From assembly GCA_002633005.1 (NCBI GenBank), contig NMRA01000098.1, forward strand, positions 281,330 to 345,329: a DNA stretch of 64,000 nucleotides, given 5' to 3'. The stretch is from Phoronis australis (lineage: Eukaryota; Animalia; Phoronida). The notes under the pieces were generated by a model. It saw only the letters and a program-made list of their open reading frames with translations. It had not been told where the DNA came from and made no database searches. The position numbers and the translations under genes are program-made. This document shows, in pieces, positions 10,801-24,827 of the stretch. Within the stretch, counting starts at the first letter, position 1. Each line of letters starts with the position of its first letter.

Positions 10801-13800
10801 GGTAGGGGTGTCCAACTCCACCCTTGCGCCGTAATTTTGGACCCACATTTTTAAAATCCCACGTCACACTACATTTGTCATCAAAATCATCACTTGATCA
10901 TCAATTGCCCTTTACGGTTTGAAATGTGTGGGATATAGTTCTGTCAGGCTAAGTGGGTTTTTTTTTGGAAATTGAGACGTATGCTCTTTGTTTTCACTGG
11001 TTGGTCTCATTCCGCATTTACTGAACGACGGATCCATTGTAACATGACGTCCCATCTAACGTAAAGAGAACAAGTGCCGTCACGAAACGAACTATATGCA
11101 CTGCGAAGAAATCGGCAAACATCAATATCTATCATTAGAACGCTTTGACGTCTCCAATCGATCTATCTCTTAATTCTTCTGACTCTCTCTACCTGTGTAC
11201 ATCTCAACAGCCTTCCAAACATACCAGCAAAACGAAATAACCAGTAGTCTTATTCTCATTCGTGGGCGGCGAAGAACGTCCATCAACGTTGCTCTCTCCT
11301 GGTGTTCATTCTCCAAGTTTCCCTAAATTTTCAAATAATCAAGTAGTTGTAACATACTTTAAAAATCAGTCAATGTCAGCACTACTAAGTGATATCAGGA
11401 TCATGGGTAAAGGTTCAGCTGATTCTCATATTTGTAATTTTCAAGAATAAGTACTGGCGAAGAATCTTATAACTAAAGCAAGGAAACTTCCTCGTAACGT
11501 CGCCGACTAAGTTCTTTCGCCAAAAAGTATTGCATCGCTTGTGTAATGAAACGCACACCTCACGTATGTTGTTTTCTGGCTGAGCGCGTACGAAGACCGA
11601 GGGAGATCTCCGTAAACTTGTATTTCTTATCAGAAAAGCTCGGCAGCTGAAATATAGGAATTATCTCCAACGAAATGGTTTCCGAGGAAATGGCAATTCG
11701 TTTGCTAGGAATTTTTCTATTAAAATAGAAATATAATAAAAAACGTGGCGCACGCTACAGGTATGGCAAAAAGAGCGTGTTATCTACCCCTGGAGTGTAA
11801 CGATATGGGCCGGCGAAACGTCGCAGTTTCAAAATGTTATTTATACATAATGGACAGAGCGCTCAATGGACAAAGCTATGAATGAGCTCTATTTGACTCG
11901 GGCAGCGTCATGCGTAATAAGACAACTTAATTGGCAATATATTTTCACCCCAAAGTACAGTATTAATGTTCTACATATGTACAAATTGTTTACCCCGTTG
12001 ACTCTCATCTATTTGAACTAATATCACATCCGTAGTACGCCAATCCATTTCACTTGTTAATGTTACTAATCCATCAGTTTTCGATTTGCAAGATTTAGCC
12101 TAACTCAATGTAATTAAATTAGTGATGGTGGGAATTTTCATGCCTACCCTAGTGTTCATAGCTTTTGTCCTTACTTCATTACTTTTAGTCTATTCACACA
12201 CTTGTATATACTTCTTTTTCTCTTGTTAGATAAGCATGTTAACTATGAACTGTATGAATTTATCACTATTTAACTACAGACATAATAATTATAATTGTTC
12301 GGGTGTCTGGAAAACAAAAATACCCCACTGCTTTTCGTCTATTACGTTCGACCTCACTCTTCTACTACGAAAACGACCCCGANNNNNNNNNNNNNNNNNN
12401 NNNNNNNNNNNNNNNNNNNNNNNNNNNNNNNNNNNNNNNNNNNNNNNNNNNNNNNNNNNNNNNNNNNNNNNNNNNNNNNNNNNNNNNNNNNNNNNNNNNN
12501 NNNNNNNNNNNNNNNNNNNNNNNNNNNNNNNNNNNNNNNNNNNNNNNNNNNNNNNNNNNNNNNNNNNNNNNNNNNNNNNNNNNNNNNNNNNNNNNNNNNN
12601 NNNNNNNNNNNNNNNNNNNNNNNNNNNNNNNNNNNNNNNNNNNNNNNNNNNNNNNNNNNNNNNNNNNNNNNNNNNNNNNNNNNNNNNNNNNNNNNNNNNN
12701 NNNNNNNNNNNNNNNNNNNNNNNNNNNNNNNNNNNNNNNNNNNNNNNNNNNNNNNNNNNNNNNNNNNNNNNNNNNNNNNNNNNNNNNNNNNNNNNNNNNN
12801 NNNNNNNNNNNNNNNNNNNNNNNNNNNNNNNNNNNNNNNNNNNNNNNNNNNNNNNNNNNNNNNNNNNNNNNNNNNNNNNNNNNNNNNNNNNNNNNNNNNN
12901 NNNNNNNNNNNNNNNNNNNNNNNNNNNNNNNNNNNNNNNNNNNNNNNNNNNNNNNNNNNNNNNNNNNNNNNNNNNNNNNNNNNNNNNNNNNNNNNNNNNN
13001 NNNNNNNNNNNNNNNNNNNNNNNNNNNNNNNNNNNNNNNNNNNNNNNNNNNNNNNNNNNNNNNNNNNNNNNNNNNNNNNNNNNNNNNNNNNNNNNNNNNN
13101 NNNNNNNNNNNNNNNNNNNNNNNNNNNNNNNNNNNNNNNNNNNNNNNNNNNNNNNNNNNNNNNNNNNNNNNNNNNNNNNNNNNNNNNNNNNNNNNNNNNN
13201 NNNNNNNNNNNNNNNNNNNNNNNNNNNNNNNNNNNNNNNNNNNNNNNNNNNNNNNNNNNNNNNNNNNNNNNNNNNNNNNNNNNNNNNNNNNNNNNNNNNN
13301 NNNNNNNNNNNNNNNNNNNNNNNNNNNNNNNNNNNNNNNNNNAAAAAAAAAAAAAAAAAAATGAGCCAGAATATTAGAAACGAATGTTTCGCCTTTAATT
13401 GTAAACCCCTGGAAAGTCGTTGTCGACGTGTTCGTTAGTGGAAAGCAATGGTGCAGTAATTCGTTAAGCGCTGTGGTACACAATCGGGCTTTTTTACAAA
13501 CATCCATTCACGCGCGTCATTGGGCATAGAGATGGGATGCGAATGCAAGGTGTCACTCAGGTGATCGTCTGCTGCGTAAACTGGCAGTTGGTTTTGGATA
13601 GATGTTACTTGCACTTATGATAAGCTGAACTTCTGGGAACTTGAAATTACTAAAATGAAATCATCTCTATAGATTGTATCGTTTGTCTGCTGTGAGGCGT
13701 TTCTGTGATGATGGCTATCACACAATCCTTTGCGTATATGGCGTCTCTTGCTATCCTCAAAAGGACCAATTTTTTATCATCTCACTTCTTTAGCGCACAA

Positions 13801-16800
13801 ATACAGAATTACCGAGTGTGCTGTCGGTATTGAGGCCCTTGTGTGTGATGCTGCATCTAAAGCGCACTTGTTTATATGCGAAATGCATTGGACTGCAAGG
13901 AACTATGAACGGAGTTTTATAACGTGTATCTAGTGCTTATAAACTGAGCCATAACTTTTCTTATCTTGACAGTTGGCCGTGCGTGTTGTCTTTAACCACA
14001 AAACCAAATGGAACTTGATTGCAAGTACTAAAAATATTCACCTAATTTTGATTGTGGATCTTCGCCATAACTTCACAATCGAAAACTTGTAATTTTTCAA
14101 TAGATGTTTTAGTAACCAAGAAACACCCTGAACATTTTAGTTTCCGTAAAATGGTTGTAATTTTCTGACATTGAACAGTTTACGATAAGACATAAAATGA
14201 CAGTAAAACATGTAACTCAAGTTTTCATTAATTTCTTTGCAAAAGCCCTTATTTAAACTTTCTTTATACCTTCCTTACTTTACCTCTGTTTGAAATTGTT
14301 TTTCTTCCGTTGGGAATGACTTTTTGTTGCACTTTGCAATTTTTCTCATAATCACTTCCGCTTCCGCTGCTCTATTTTCAGCGTACAGCCAACGAGGAGA
14401 TTCTGGGAGCAACCTGGGAATATCACTGACAATGAACGTTTTGAATCATAGTGTGGCAAACCTGCCTTCATTTTTGGAACACGTAGACCTTTATTTAAAA
14501 AAATCAATTTTCTAATCCCTTTGAAATAGGTCTAGCGCAAGTAGATCATCAGCAAAACGCTATAATTACAGTGTTAGTGACTTAAGACCCAAGACAGAAA
14601 TTTGATCTCACGCCCCCACTTCACAATTTTCAACAAAAAGGTTTCAACCTTTAATTATTAGTGCATCACTGGCTCAAAATCATTTATGCATATTTCTAAG
14701 TTGGTTGTAGTTATTTTCATATTCTCAAATACTATGTTCTCTTGCTCAAGTGAGTCTTAATTATTTCTCAGAAGTGGTTATTAGGAGCGTAAGACTAAAT
14801 TTCTGTCTTTTAAGACTTAAAAGTCCTCAGTCACTTTTCATGAAACAGACACCAGGCGATAAGGAAATATATCTGAAACCTGGGCAGATTTAAGAAAAGC
14901 AAGGACCTCCCAGGACCACACCTTGTATTTTAAATGAGAACACATGATTTTGGCTAGATTTTTCAAGCCTCAAGGCAGCTACTGAACTCTACCCCGCACT
15001 TGTTTCTCAGACCCACTAAATAACAATGGCGTACTAAAATCGCCAAGTTTTGGTCTCACCAAATGTAGCTTAGAAGCAACACCCCAGGAACAGACACCGA
15101 CAGCTGGAGAAGAAAATGGTCCCTTATGAAGTAGGCAATGCCACATAGACTCATGAAACCGGAAGCAAACGAGCATTGGAAAAGAATACCCAGGTACATC
15201 CGATATTTAACACCAACAATTTCCATTACTGAAACAAAAAATGTTTCAACGATCACTCAGTTTGAACACCTAAGTCACAATGTGAAACGTTAGCGGTATT
15301 GACGCAATCGAGTAAAAGTCGTGGGTGATAAAGTATGTATGATAAAAAATATGTGAAGAGTAAGATTGTTGTGTCAAAGCCCTCGCCGACTTGAAAAGAC
15401 TGAGTATAATTCATGAACAACTTTGTTGCGGATTTTCACGATAAAAAAGCTTTCCAAAATTCTTGAGTTGCGCAAATTAAACCTCTATAGTGCCAAATCC
15501 ACTGTCATATGATGCATCAAGACTCATATAGCGATTTTTGAGTTCTGTGAACGACAACAAGTATTTCTGTTCTGTATTCCTTTTGCTTCTCATTCTAATT
15601 ATGACCAGATAGGTATTGCCATTCTTAACAAATGCAAAAACTGTCAGCATTTGAATTACATGGAGGACTATACCATCGCTATTTGCTGCCACAGTGGCTG
15701 GCACGTGGCGCTTTATTCATAACAACGGTGTTTGTTTTTCACATTTTAATTGGTGAAAAAGCAATACTTTGTAAATGTATATAAAATTTACCATCAGTTT
15801 TTTAAATTTGCACTTTTAATATCATTTCAACTGGAGATAAAAACACAGCTAGATTGTTACCTTTAAAGCAGTATTTAGGCCTCAATGTTCAAAATGTGTA
15901 CGTAAAACTCGAAACTTGAGAACTTGAGGACTTACCGATGACGAAGGCTACCGTCCATTTTCCTGCAGTTGCATTGCCGACGAGAAATCGTAGAATCACA
16001 AATGGTATGTAGTGCCCATATTGTGACGTCACCGCTGCAGACAGAGATGCGAGAATCTCCAAGACTACTGCCGCTAAAACAGTCTTTTTCCGACCAATTC
16101 TGGAACAGTAACTTTACAATCAAAGCCGTGTAGGACATTGTTCAATAACATCTAAATGTGTTAGTTTTTCGTTTCATAGGCGGCGCAGCACTAAAAAAGC
16201 GNNNNNNNNNNNNNNCCCCCCCCCCCCCCCCCCAGCCCCATATGGTGCGCCGCTCATGCGTAAATGTAGCATGGCTTCCAAGCGACTCTGTAGACTACAC
16301 CCAATCCAGCTACGTGCGTAGACTGCAAACGAGAACTTGGGGGTGATGTATCAATGTATTTTGGTTGCCGCCATATATGGTTCGAGCAGTGCGACATAAT
16401 TACGATTTATGTCAGACATAAATCGGAATTATGTGAGATATCAATCCGAACTATGTCTGACATCAATCAGAATTATGTATGATGTAAATTAAGTCACGTC
16501 TGACAAAATTCTCGATTAATATCCTAAATAATTCACTTATGCCAACCATAATCTACGGTGGCCGGAAAGTATCATCATCTAGGTGGAACTTGGTTTCACG
16601 TAGGCTGAAATTTTTTCCACCCAGGTTGAAATAATTTCCACCTGGGTGAAAATAATTTCTACCCGGGTGAAAATAATTTCCACCTAGGTGAAAATAATTT
16701 CCACCCAAGTAGAAATAATTTCAACCAGGGTGAAAATAATTTCCATCTGGGTGAAAATAATTTCGACCCAGGTAGAAATAATTTCCATGCGGGTGAAAAT

Positions 16801-19800
16801 AATTTCCATCCGGGTGAAAATAATTTCCATCCGGGTGAAAATAATTTCATCCTGGGTGAAAATAATTTTCACACGGGTGAAAATAATTTCCACCCAAGTT
16901 AAAATGATTTCCACCCGTGTGAAGATAATTTCCATCTAGGTTGAATTATTTTCACCTAGGTGAAAAAGGAAAAAATATTTCATTAAAATATCGATGATAC
17001 TTTCGGGCCACCTTAATAATTCTATTTATATCAGATATAAAAGAATAATATCCATCATTNATTTCCATCCGGGTGAAAATAATTTCGACCCAGGTAGAAA
17101 TAATTTCCATGCGGGTGAAAATAATTTCCATCCGGGTGAAAATAATTTCATCCTGGGTGAAAATAATTTTCACACGGGTGAAAATAATTTCCACCCAAGT
17201 TAAAATGATTTCCACCCGTGTGAAGATAATTTCCATCTAGGTTGAATTATTTTCACCTAGGTGAAAAAGGAAAAAAATATTTCATTAAAATATCGATGAT
17301 ACTTTCGGGCCACCTTAATAATTCTATTTATATCAGATATAAAAGAATAATATCCATCATTATTGTATTTATATCTGACATAAGTCAGCCAATGAGAACT
17401 ATGGTTGACATTAATGAACGATATTATTCGAGAAAGGTGTCAGAAATAAATAATCATGTCTCACATAATTCGGGTTTATGTTGCGCTGAGCCAACCACAG
17501 CCATATGCCCTTAGTCAAATAATACCATAGTTTTGATGCCTTTCCATGCCGTATCAAGATTAGTTGTCTCCAAGCAAAGGTCTGGCCACTCCCTCAAAAG
17601 CGTACACGTTTCGATTAGCAGTGAGTTCAACATAAAAAACCTAAAGTTATATAAAAAATTTCTCCAGTTCTGTGAAGTTAATTACGTACGAAATTTTAAA
17701 GTGAGGACTTCGTGGTCTTCAGGTCCTCTGCACTTACATGTCTGATATGGAGCCAAATGTGACGGCACCTGTCAAAAACCCTGTCATGTAGATGGACGAT
17801 GCAAGGGTGACTAGATATTCATTGTCGCAAACTAGATCCCACTGAAATACAATGCAATAATGTTATTACAAATCTACTCGTCCACAGTTTCGTGACAAAG
17901 GCACCACCAACAATTTTATGCGAAAGATGACAACTAAAGAAAAAGCGCAATTTTTAGTCCGTACGCGGACACTTTCCTTCAAAAAGTGTGGTTGCGCCCT
18001 AACGACGCTCTTGATCTTGATCGTGCATTGTGTCACGACTGGTTCGTTCCACTCGCCAAAGTAGTATTTCCGTCGAAAGAATTCCAGGCGATTAGTAGCA
18101 GCAATTTCAGTTCGCTTAAAAAATAAGACGTCACTTTCGAAAAGCAATTATATCTAGAAGTGAAGAGAACTTGTGCTTTAGCACCAGATCACAGGAACAA
18201 TCGATTTTGCAGGCTTACTACCAACTCCTTGATGATACCTGACAATGCCAAAATTAAGAGAAAATGGATACTCATGAGTTCATGACACAAATTCTACGCG
18301 TGTCTTCACCGAAGTTAAAAACTTTACAACTTCATGTCCTTCTCAACCTAAACACATCAAACTGACCCCAGGACATGCACTTGTATTTATTGACAGCTTG
18401 TAAATGTAAAAACAAAAAATTCTGCAAATAGGTGACTTTTGCATTAATGACGTTCGTCGCGGGTTCATATACATGTATATATAGCCAGCATCATGCAGTG
18501 TTATTTCCCAGTAACACATCACGATACGTATTGGACACCGTTCAGTGCTTTACGGTGGATCATCATCGCCACAAAACTAGTTCCTCAAAACATTTGTCAA
18601 TTTTCAACTTGTTTCATATTCACGTCGTCCCCGGTCGCTATATGTTGTGTTTCTAAGTTGGACAAGCAATCACAGAGATAAGGAACTGGCCTTTCAGTAG
18701 TATAGGTTCAATGTTAAGGTTCTTGCAAAGCCTATAGAAATGTCTGGGGAGCTATTAAAGTAACGCACTGGCAGAGGTAGCTGACGGGGTCACGATCGCC
18801 CTCATCATACTTTGGCAAGACCAGTCAAACATGACATAAGGCAACTAATACGCTAACATTTGGGGTTTTGTTACCCCAACGCCAAAGCGAGATTTAACCG
18901 CAATGTGACTAAACCGTCCTAATCGATTCACAAATTAAATGCACGGGGATAGCCATACTGCTGAAGAAATCCTACTCGCTTATTTTTCGTATGAATCGAT
19001 TTTTAAAAATTCGAAGACTGTTAGTGTTTACTTTTAAATTTTAAAAACCATCATGTTGGTCGTTTTCCTTACTTGCTGTTGTTTTGGCTTCAAAACTCGT
19101 AAGCTAAACAGGCAATTGCTTTAAATCATCCCCACACATTCGGCCAAGCCCATGAATAGCGACAAGCTCACTGTGACAGCGCCATCAAGCCTTTCATGTG
19201 CTCAGGAATTCATTGGATACTCTTGGGTAAACACGCTTTCTCGTCCACTTGCGTACAAATACTGCCAGTGGTAGTGTAAGAGTTACCTAATGATCGAACT
19301 AAGTTATGTCACTACTGTATGAAAAAGCATCCTATGGTAAATCATATAGAAGACCCTGAATCGACTGGTGCAGAGCCGACTTCTGTTGTAAAAACACATA
19401 TTAAGCAAATGCCACAATCTGTGTTCTACCCGAAGTACTAGAACCTGCTGATGTGGAAATGCGGAACAGTAAGGTCCACGATTTGGAACAGCAACATTGT
19501 AGGTCCAGTGGGAGAGGGCATACTGGAGTCGAAGAATCCGACTATTGGCAAAAAACACTGTCCTGTTCATTATGACCGAAGGGGGGGGGGGCTTTCTCCT
19601 GTGTTGTGTAGAACGTGTACCACAAAAAGATGTCTTACAACCTTTCAAGATACTAAACTCTGTCAGTACCCCTGGCTACATTTTGAACCGGCAACTAAAT
19701 TCCATGGCGAATTTGGCACACTGCCTGGTAGTGTTCACATCGCGATTAACAGGAGGCTGAATCTGTTATGCCCTACGGTTCGGGTTCTAGTCTCTATTTG

Positions 19801-22800
19801 GACAAAAGTAGAGGCGAAGTTAAAAAACTGGAGAAGAAGGGCATCAAAGAAATTGTCGACCAACCGAGTAATTAGTTGAACCATATGACGGTGATTGTGA
19901 AGAGAAATTTGAAGACTTGCGCATATGCATATATCCTTGACCCTTCCCGTCATTATCCGGCGGATTCAGACAGTCAATGTCTTAAGTTTGTTTTGTTACC
20001 GGAGCGCGGACTGCTTTCATGGTCAGTCAACTTAAAGGAGATGAAGCCAATTTAATTTTTACGTGCATAAACCCAATTATATATATTTACCGATTTTTCT
20101 AATTAGAGCATAAATTTCGGTTACCTTTGTGCGTTCTACATATAACTGGAATAATTTTTTTGAAAACATGTAATTTTTTAAAAAGCCGTTTTGTACTTTG
20201 ATAGTGAGAATTGTTTATTGCATTTTACGACCCTGCTCGCAACGCTTGATTAAACCTGTAAATGCCTGTGAACACAGTATGAATGATTATCGCTGGGTGA
20301 TTTCTAGTCCAGACGTCTTTGGGGAGGCGTTGCGCATGGTAGTCACCGAGGTATTTGGACCTCGCTGGACGTTACAGGTGGATGTGATGGCTGTTTGGTC
20401 TCAGGAGCACTTTTAAGGTATTTTAGAAACGCCTCAAGGAATACAAGATGTATTGCTGACAACATCCTTGTATGGTGTGCTGGTGATACCCGACGAGAAG
20501 TTAAAGCTGATCTTGATAGAAAGCCGGAGGCCCTCATGGTGAGGGCAGAGCAACATGACCAGGTGCTTTTAAGCCTAGTAAAACGTGTAGCAAATTTGAA
20601 GTTGGCATGATGCCGACAACTTTGTAAGGTAACATTATCTCCGATGAAGAATTGACGATAGATCTCGAGAAAGTAAAGCGATTACTGTCTTCAACCTCCT
20701 GAAAAGGAAGATGACATCGGAGTGCTGAGAGGTATAATGGAACTGTAAATTACTTAACACGATTCTTAACCGAATTGGCGGGAATCACGGAACCCATAAA
20801 CAGGTTGACGAAGGATAACGTGCCATAGCATTGGGAGCATCAGCAGAAATACTCCTTTGAGAAGCTGATTTCAGAAGCATCAGTGAGGATATACTACGAC
20901 CTTCAAAGTAAATTTTCCTGCAATATGATGCCACCCTTCTACAGAATGGTCAGCCAGTCATATGTACCATTAGAACGATGGAGCGTCTTTGCACCTAAAT
21001 TGAAAAGAAAGCAATTTACATTGCTGTAATAAAATAGTTCATCTCTTTGTGTGAAGTGGGTCGTTTCGTTGAGACTACAAAGTGCAAGGAGTCTCTGAAA
21101 TTTCATGAAATGGCTATAAGACCTGGTGAAGATTCGTGACACACCAATCAGATTGAAGCTATCGAGTAGCCCCGTGGAGCAATTCAATAAGAGGAGGGCC
21201 CACACTTGATTTCCAATGGTAACCAGTCTTCTCAAACCGTGTATAGTTGACATAGTCTTTGATAAGAATATAAGCACATAAACCAGCGCCAAATGTTATA
21301 CCGTGACCAGAACGCCACCAAAGATTGAATAGCTCGATGGTAACAGCAAAACGGAACCGAGTTGACTTGAAGCATACCTCAGAACAACCATTCTCGTTGG
21401 GGAAAACCAGCACGCAACTTGAGTAGTGCATCGAAACTAGCGACAACTTGCAGCTGAACGAGACCCCCCCCCATTTGGGAAAAAAGGTCCGCCTGAGGGA
21501 AACAAAAAGTCCAAGAAAATGTGACAAAAGTCCACCAATAATGCAGGAATTCGCCGAATGCACAATTCATAACTCTGGACGAATACCGTTTTCCGTTTTT
21601 TTTTTAGTCAATCGTCCACATTTCCAAAAATTCAAGCCCCTTAAATTTTAGGCTGAGTGCGCGCATGAACTGTTGACGTAACTTGGTACAGAAAAATATC
21701 TGAATGTTTTCTTCTGTGCCTAAAATGCCATCTCTCAACATTCCAACACGTGAAATCTCCGCTGACGATGAAAATCAAGCAAAGACGACGTTTGTACATG
21801 TCTGTGTGAATTAGTAGCATCACGTAGTGTAGCCGCGACTGATATGTTGTGTCTGTTATTCCTGATTTTAGGCGAATCGATCACTTAGAGCAACTATTGT
21901 CACTAGATGATGTTCTCGCGCTCTTTCAAAAAGACACGTGATCTGGTTGTTATTTTGATCACTATCTTGGATATTAATATGGCGCATAGTAAATTGCATT
22001 GACTTTCACGGTAAAATGAAACCATCAAAGTTGAAAGAAAATCAACATTATTACGTCCTGTCTAAGCTGCCGAAGTATAGAAAGCAGCCCTGTAGTAATA
22101 ACGCGAGATTTCTAAAACAAATAGCTATAAGAAATACGCAGTATCCAGTCCGTTATGAATGAGACGGATTCGATTTAACTCATTTTTATTGACGTAATAT
22201 TCATGAAGCGCACATGGTGCCTTAAGTGGGCTTAATTTGCACAACAGTCAGATATTGGAAATTGTTTACGCTCAGAGTTGTTGATAAAAACAACGATGGA
22301 TTTAAATCGGCTTGCCAAGTTTTGGCGTTTATGGAAGCACCGTCCTAAGAAGCAAATCAACGACTTTGCTATATCAGACCAAGCAGAAATAACAAGGGAG
22401 CTTAAAAGTCGCGAGGCTCTATATATTGGTGTAAGCCCAGTCTCAATAGGCAACTGACACACCACAGGTTGTCATTGTTAGTCTAGTCTACTGTTACTCC
22501 CCTCTAACCGACTGGCGTTTTAATAAACACCGAAACATGTCAAGACGGTTTAAATCCATCGTTGTTTTTATCGACATATGCTACTACTTGCTATTGTGAG
22601 AGAGAAGTACTATGTCAAAGACATTTCAGACGAAGAATGCCATTTAAGTACCATCTATTTCCTGAAATGGTCAAGAATTGCCAATTCGCGAACCTGGAAA
22701 CTTATTAGCAATATTAACAGCTTCATCATCCGTCTAGCCACAGTAAGTGTGTATTGAAGACTGGATAAAGCACGCTAGCTCAGTGGTGGATTTAGAGGGG

Positions 22801-24264
22801 GGGGGGGCAAGAGGGCCTTGCCCCCTGTACTCCTAGAATCTATTTGGCAGTTCGGGGGTGCGAATGTTTGACGGGCAAAATCCTGGCTAATACCTTGCCC
22901 TGTCCCCCCAACTCAAAATCCTGGATAAGCCCCTGTAGCTAGCAATATTTTACAATACAGTGAAGTTGGTTGCCTGCATGGCGCCAGAAATTGATTCGAC
23001 TGGCGTCTAGACAATGATTGCGGTGTGGTGAAAACATTATAATGCAAGATCTTTGAGGAGCGACACTATCGGCGAAATCGACTACCGATGACGACGCTGA
23101 CGCACATGACACGAATATGCCGCAAGTAATGCCGCTGCCAACTACAACGTCACCGTCATTACCACGCAGAGGTGACAGTGCTACTGCCACTGCATTGATA
23201 ACAACGACCTCTGGTGACGCCCAGGACCTGACAGCTTGCTGGCCCTGACACCGACACTTGGTACCGACTGTCACTGTGTCAGTGACGGCGACCACGTAGC
23301 CGTCACGGATGACGATGACGGCTTCAATCATAAGTCTCATACAACATACCCTGAAAGCGACAGTATATGATTTTTTACCTCCCGCTTTATGGTAACTCTT
23401 ATCATAGTGGCGGCCACATTTAAATCCAAAGCCGCGGCCATACTAGGAGTCAGATCACGAATTCCCGCGCTTCTTGAACAGAGCCCGGAAAATTACACTG
23501 GTCAAACTTGCACACTGAACGATTTCCCCTTAAGTATAGAAGCATTATGATTGTTTTCCAGTTAAGAACGTTCTTGAATTAAATTACTGCCGTGTTAATT
23601 TCTTATCGTCCGTCGCCAAATCGGAAGGCAGATTTGTCTTCTTATTATGAAAAGGTTTCATTCTAGCGTCGACTTGCGGGTAGGCTGTGTTTCGAATTGC
23701 TTAGCCTTGCATGGATATCGCGCATAATTAACAGTTCATAATTAATTACTCGTGACTGCGTTGATTGTTTTAAGCATTAGGTTTGCGCCGTTCTCAGTGA
23801 TCAATCGTCAAATTTACCTAATTTTCCTTAAAATTTCACATCTCAAAATGTAGCCGCACGTAGTAAATATTCCTTACCTTGCTTCTGATAGTACTCGTGT
23901 ATTCACTGACGTCATATTCCCAGTGGTTGCATTTGACGAGCAACGAAGATTTATTCTGGTACACAGTCAACGGCATCGTATTATTATCAACTATGAGATC
24001 AGTCGTAAAATTCAAACCATAAAATGTGCACTGTCTTTCAAACGCATCACTGCTGTTCATTGGCGTCACTAAATAGCCATCACTGCTTGATGTGCTGTCG
24101 TATGCGGAACACCAGTGGTCTTGCTCCCCGCCAATGAAAACCATTAGAAAAGTTTGCCAGGCGGTCGGAAAGCCATTGAAACAAACTACGATAAAAAGAA
24201 GGATCTGATATTTCCCAAATCCACCAACAGTGGAAAGTAAACTGTCAAAATCAAACCTCCACAT
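7707..24264 (-). CDS. SLC22: SLC22-family organic cation/carnitine transporter, copy A; 10 coding exons, 1704 nt, 567 aa
   Basis: Exons 24264-23878, 17841-17738, 16099-15936, 15228-15060, 14413-14284, 11322-11225, 9379-9159, 8756-8575, 8141-8002 and 7815-7707 are all GT-AG with consistent phases. Motifs: [32 protein letters not shown]. Confidence 0.93.
8002..8141 (-). CDS. SLC22: SLC22 copy A exon 9
   Basis: DKYVW...[26 protein letters not shown]; 140 nt. Confidence 0.92.
8575..8756 (-). CDS. SLC22: SLC22 copy A exon 8
   Basis: [27 protein letters not shown]...[10 protein letters not shown]; 182 nt. Confidence 0.93.
9159..9379 (-). CDS. SLC22: SLC22 copy A exon 7
   Basis: [11 protein letters not shown]...GNIYVN...NRFGRR; 221 nt. 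Confidence 0.92.
11225..11322 (-). CDS. SLC22: SLC22 copy A exon 6
   Basis: [33 protein letters not shown]; 98 nt. Confidence 0.9.
12383..13342. other. Assembly gap
   Basis: Run of N. Confidence 1.
14284..14413 (-). CDS. SLC22: SLC22 copy A exon 5
   Basis: [30 protein letters not shown]; 130 nt. Confidence 0.92.
15060..15228 (-). CDS. SLC22: SLC22 copy A exon 4
   Basis: MEIVGVKYR...[12 protein letters not shown]...SYIW; 169 nt. Confidence 0.92.
15936..16099 (-). CDS. SLC22: SLC22 copy A exon 3
   Basis: [12 protein letters not shown]...FVILRFLVG...AFVI; 164 nt. Confidence 0.92.
16175..16258. mobile_element. MITE of the CATGGGCGGCGCA family (gapped), specific to copy A
   Basis: CATAGGCGGCGCA...TGCGCCGCTCATG; absent at ~52790 in copy B. 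Confidence 0.7.
16370..17510. mobile_element. Foldback/MITE-like element with TATGTCAGACATAA subrepeats (homolog at 52915-53380)
   Basis: Imperfect TIRs GGTT.G.GCAG.G.GACATAA / TTATGT.GCGCTG.GCCAAC in both copies. Confidence 0.6.
16600..17265 (+). repeat. 21-bp minisatellite (GGGTGAAAATAATTTCCACCC consensus)
   Basis: More than 20 tandem units, partly repeated across the N at 17060. Confidence 0.92.
17738..17841 (-). CDS. SLC22: SLC22 copy A exon 2
   Basis: [34 protein letters not shown]; 104 nt; cag/gtaagt. Confidence 0.92.
20290..21020 (+). mobile_element. Decayed Ty3/Gypsy pol fragment (RT-RNase H)
   Basis: [12 protein letters not shown] (ADD motif region), EKVKAI, NYLTRFL, LQYDA and QNGQPV...IEK motifs, broken by stops and frameshifts. 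Confidence 0.75.
21460..21667. mobile_element. Truncated member of the same MITE family
   Basis: Similar to 62320-62517; ends GGCTGAGTGCGCGCATG. Confidence 0.65.
22205..22660. mobile_element. Inverted-repeat (MITE-like) element
   Basis: GATAAAAACAACGATGGATTTAAA at ~22284 is inverted at ~22549-22572. Confidence 0.6.
22781..22935. mobile_element. MITE with CAGTGG.GGAT / GGAT..GCCCCTG termini and 5-bp TSD TAGCT
   Basis: Imperfect TIRs and an exact TSD. Confidence 0.75.
23878..24264 (-). CDS. SLC22: SLC22 copy A exon 1 (TM1 and large extracellular loop)
   Basis: [20 protein letters not shown]...HWC...C..WEYD..TIRSK, followed by a GTAAGG donor. Confidence 0.9.
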
Positions 24265-24827
24265 GATTATCTTTGCACGCAAATCGTACTATTACGGCGT
24301 TTTCCCGTTGAACTCAACTTATTCGATTCTATAGCCCAAAAACAAGTTAGGAGGATGACCCTTGTAGCCAGTATCTTACACGACTGATCAACTCCATTCT
24401 GGCAGGTATGGATGGAGGGCCAGCTCTCTTTTGTTCGATAATTGCTCTAACCTCCAATCATATCATATCTTGCCTAACTGGGCTGTGGTGCTCAAAATAA
24501 AAGTTATGTATTTACCTAAACATCATTCAACAAATAATGGACTCACCGGAGACAGGCCAAGAGTTGTTATCTCTGCGGCGAAGGATGTTAAAGTTGAGTC
24601 TCCGATGAGTTGCCAACAGTCACTGGTACGGTGCGCGGCTTTAGACGCTCTGCGGCTGGGTTAAAGATCTTTTATAGGCCTAACTATCCCCAATTCCCGT
24701 ACCAGGATGAATTTCAAAAATAACTTGACTTGGCTGCGTCAGATGTGATATGCGACGTTGATGTTGAAATTGGGCCATATTTTTTATGTTGATTTCCTTT
24801 GTTGGTTTATAATTCATATATTGCAAT

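Noticed and set aside
12236-13507. Long ORFs of 350-400 aa
   Set aside because: They span an N gap and are artefacts.
16659-17236. Repetitive ORFs (KLFSPGW / EIIFTR) and a CRISPR-like look
   Set aside because: These are translations of a 21-bp intronic minisatellite; there are no unique spacers and the context is eukaryotic.
19300-19960. Possible third THAP or transposase remnant
   Set aside because: The motifs are too degraded to support a call without an HMM search.
22939-23340. Thr/Asp-rich mucin-like text and a 133-aa minus-strand ORF
   Set aside because: Low-complexity degenerate repeat in intron 1, with stops on the + frame and no splice support.
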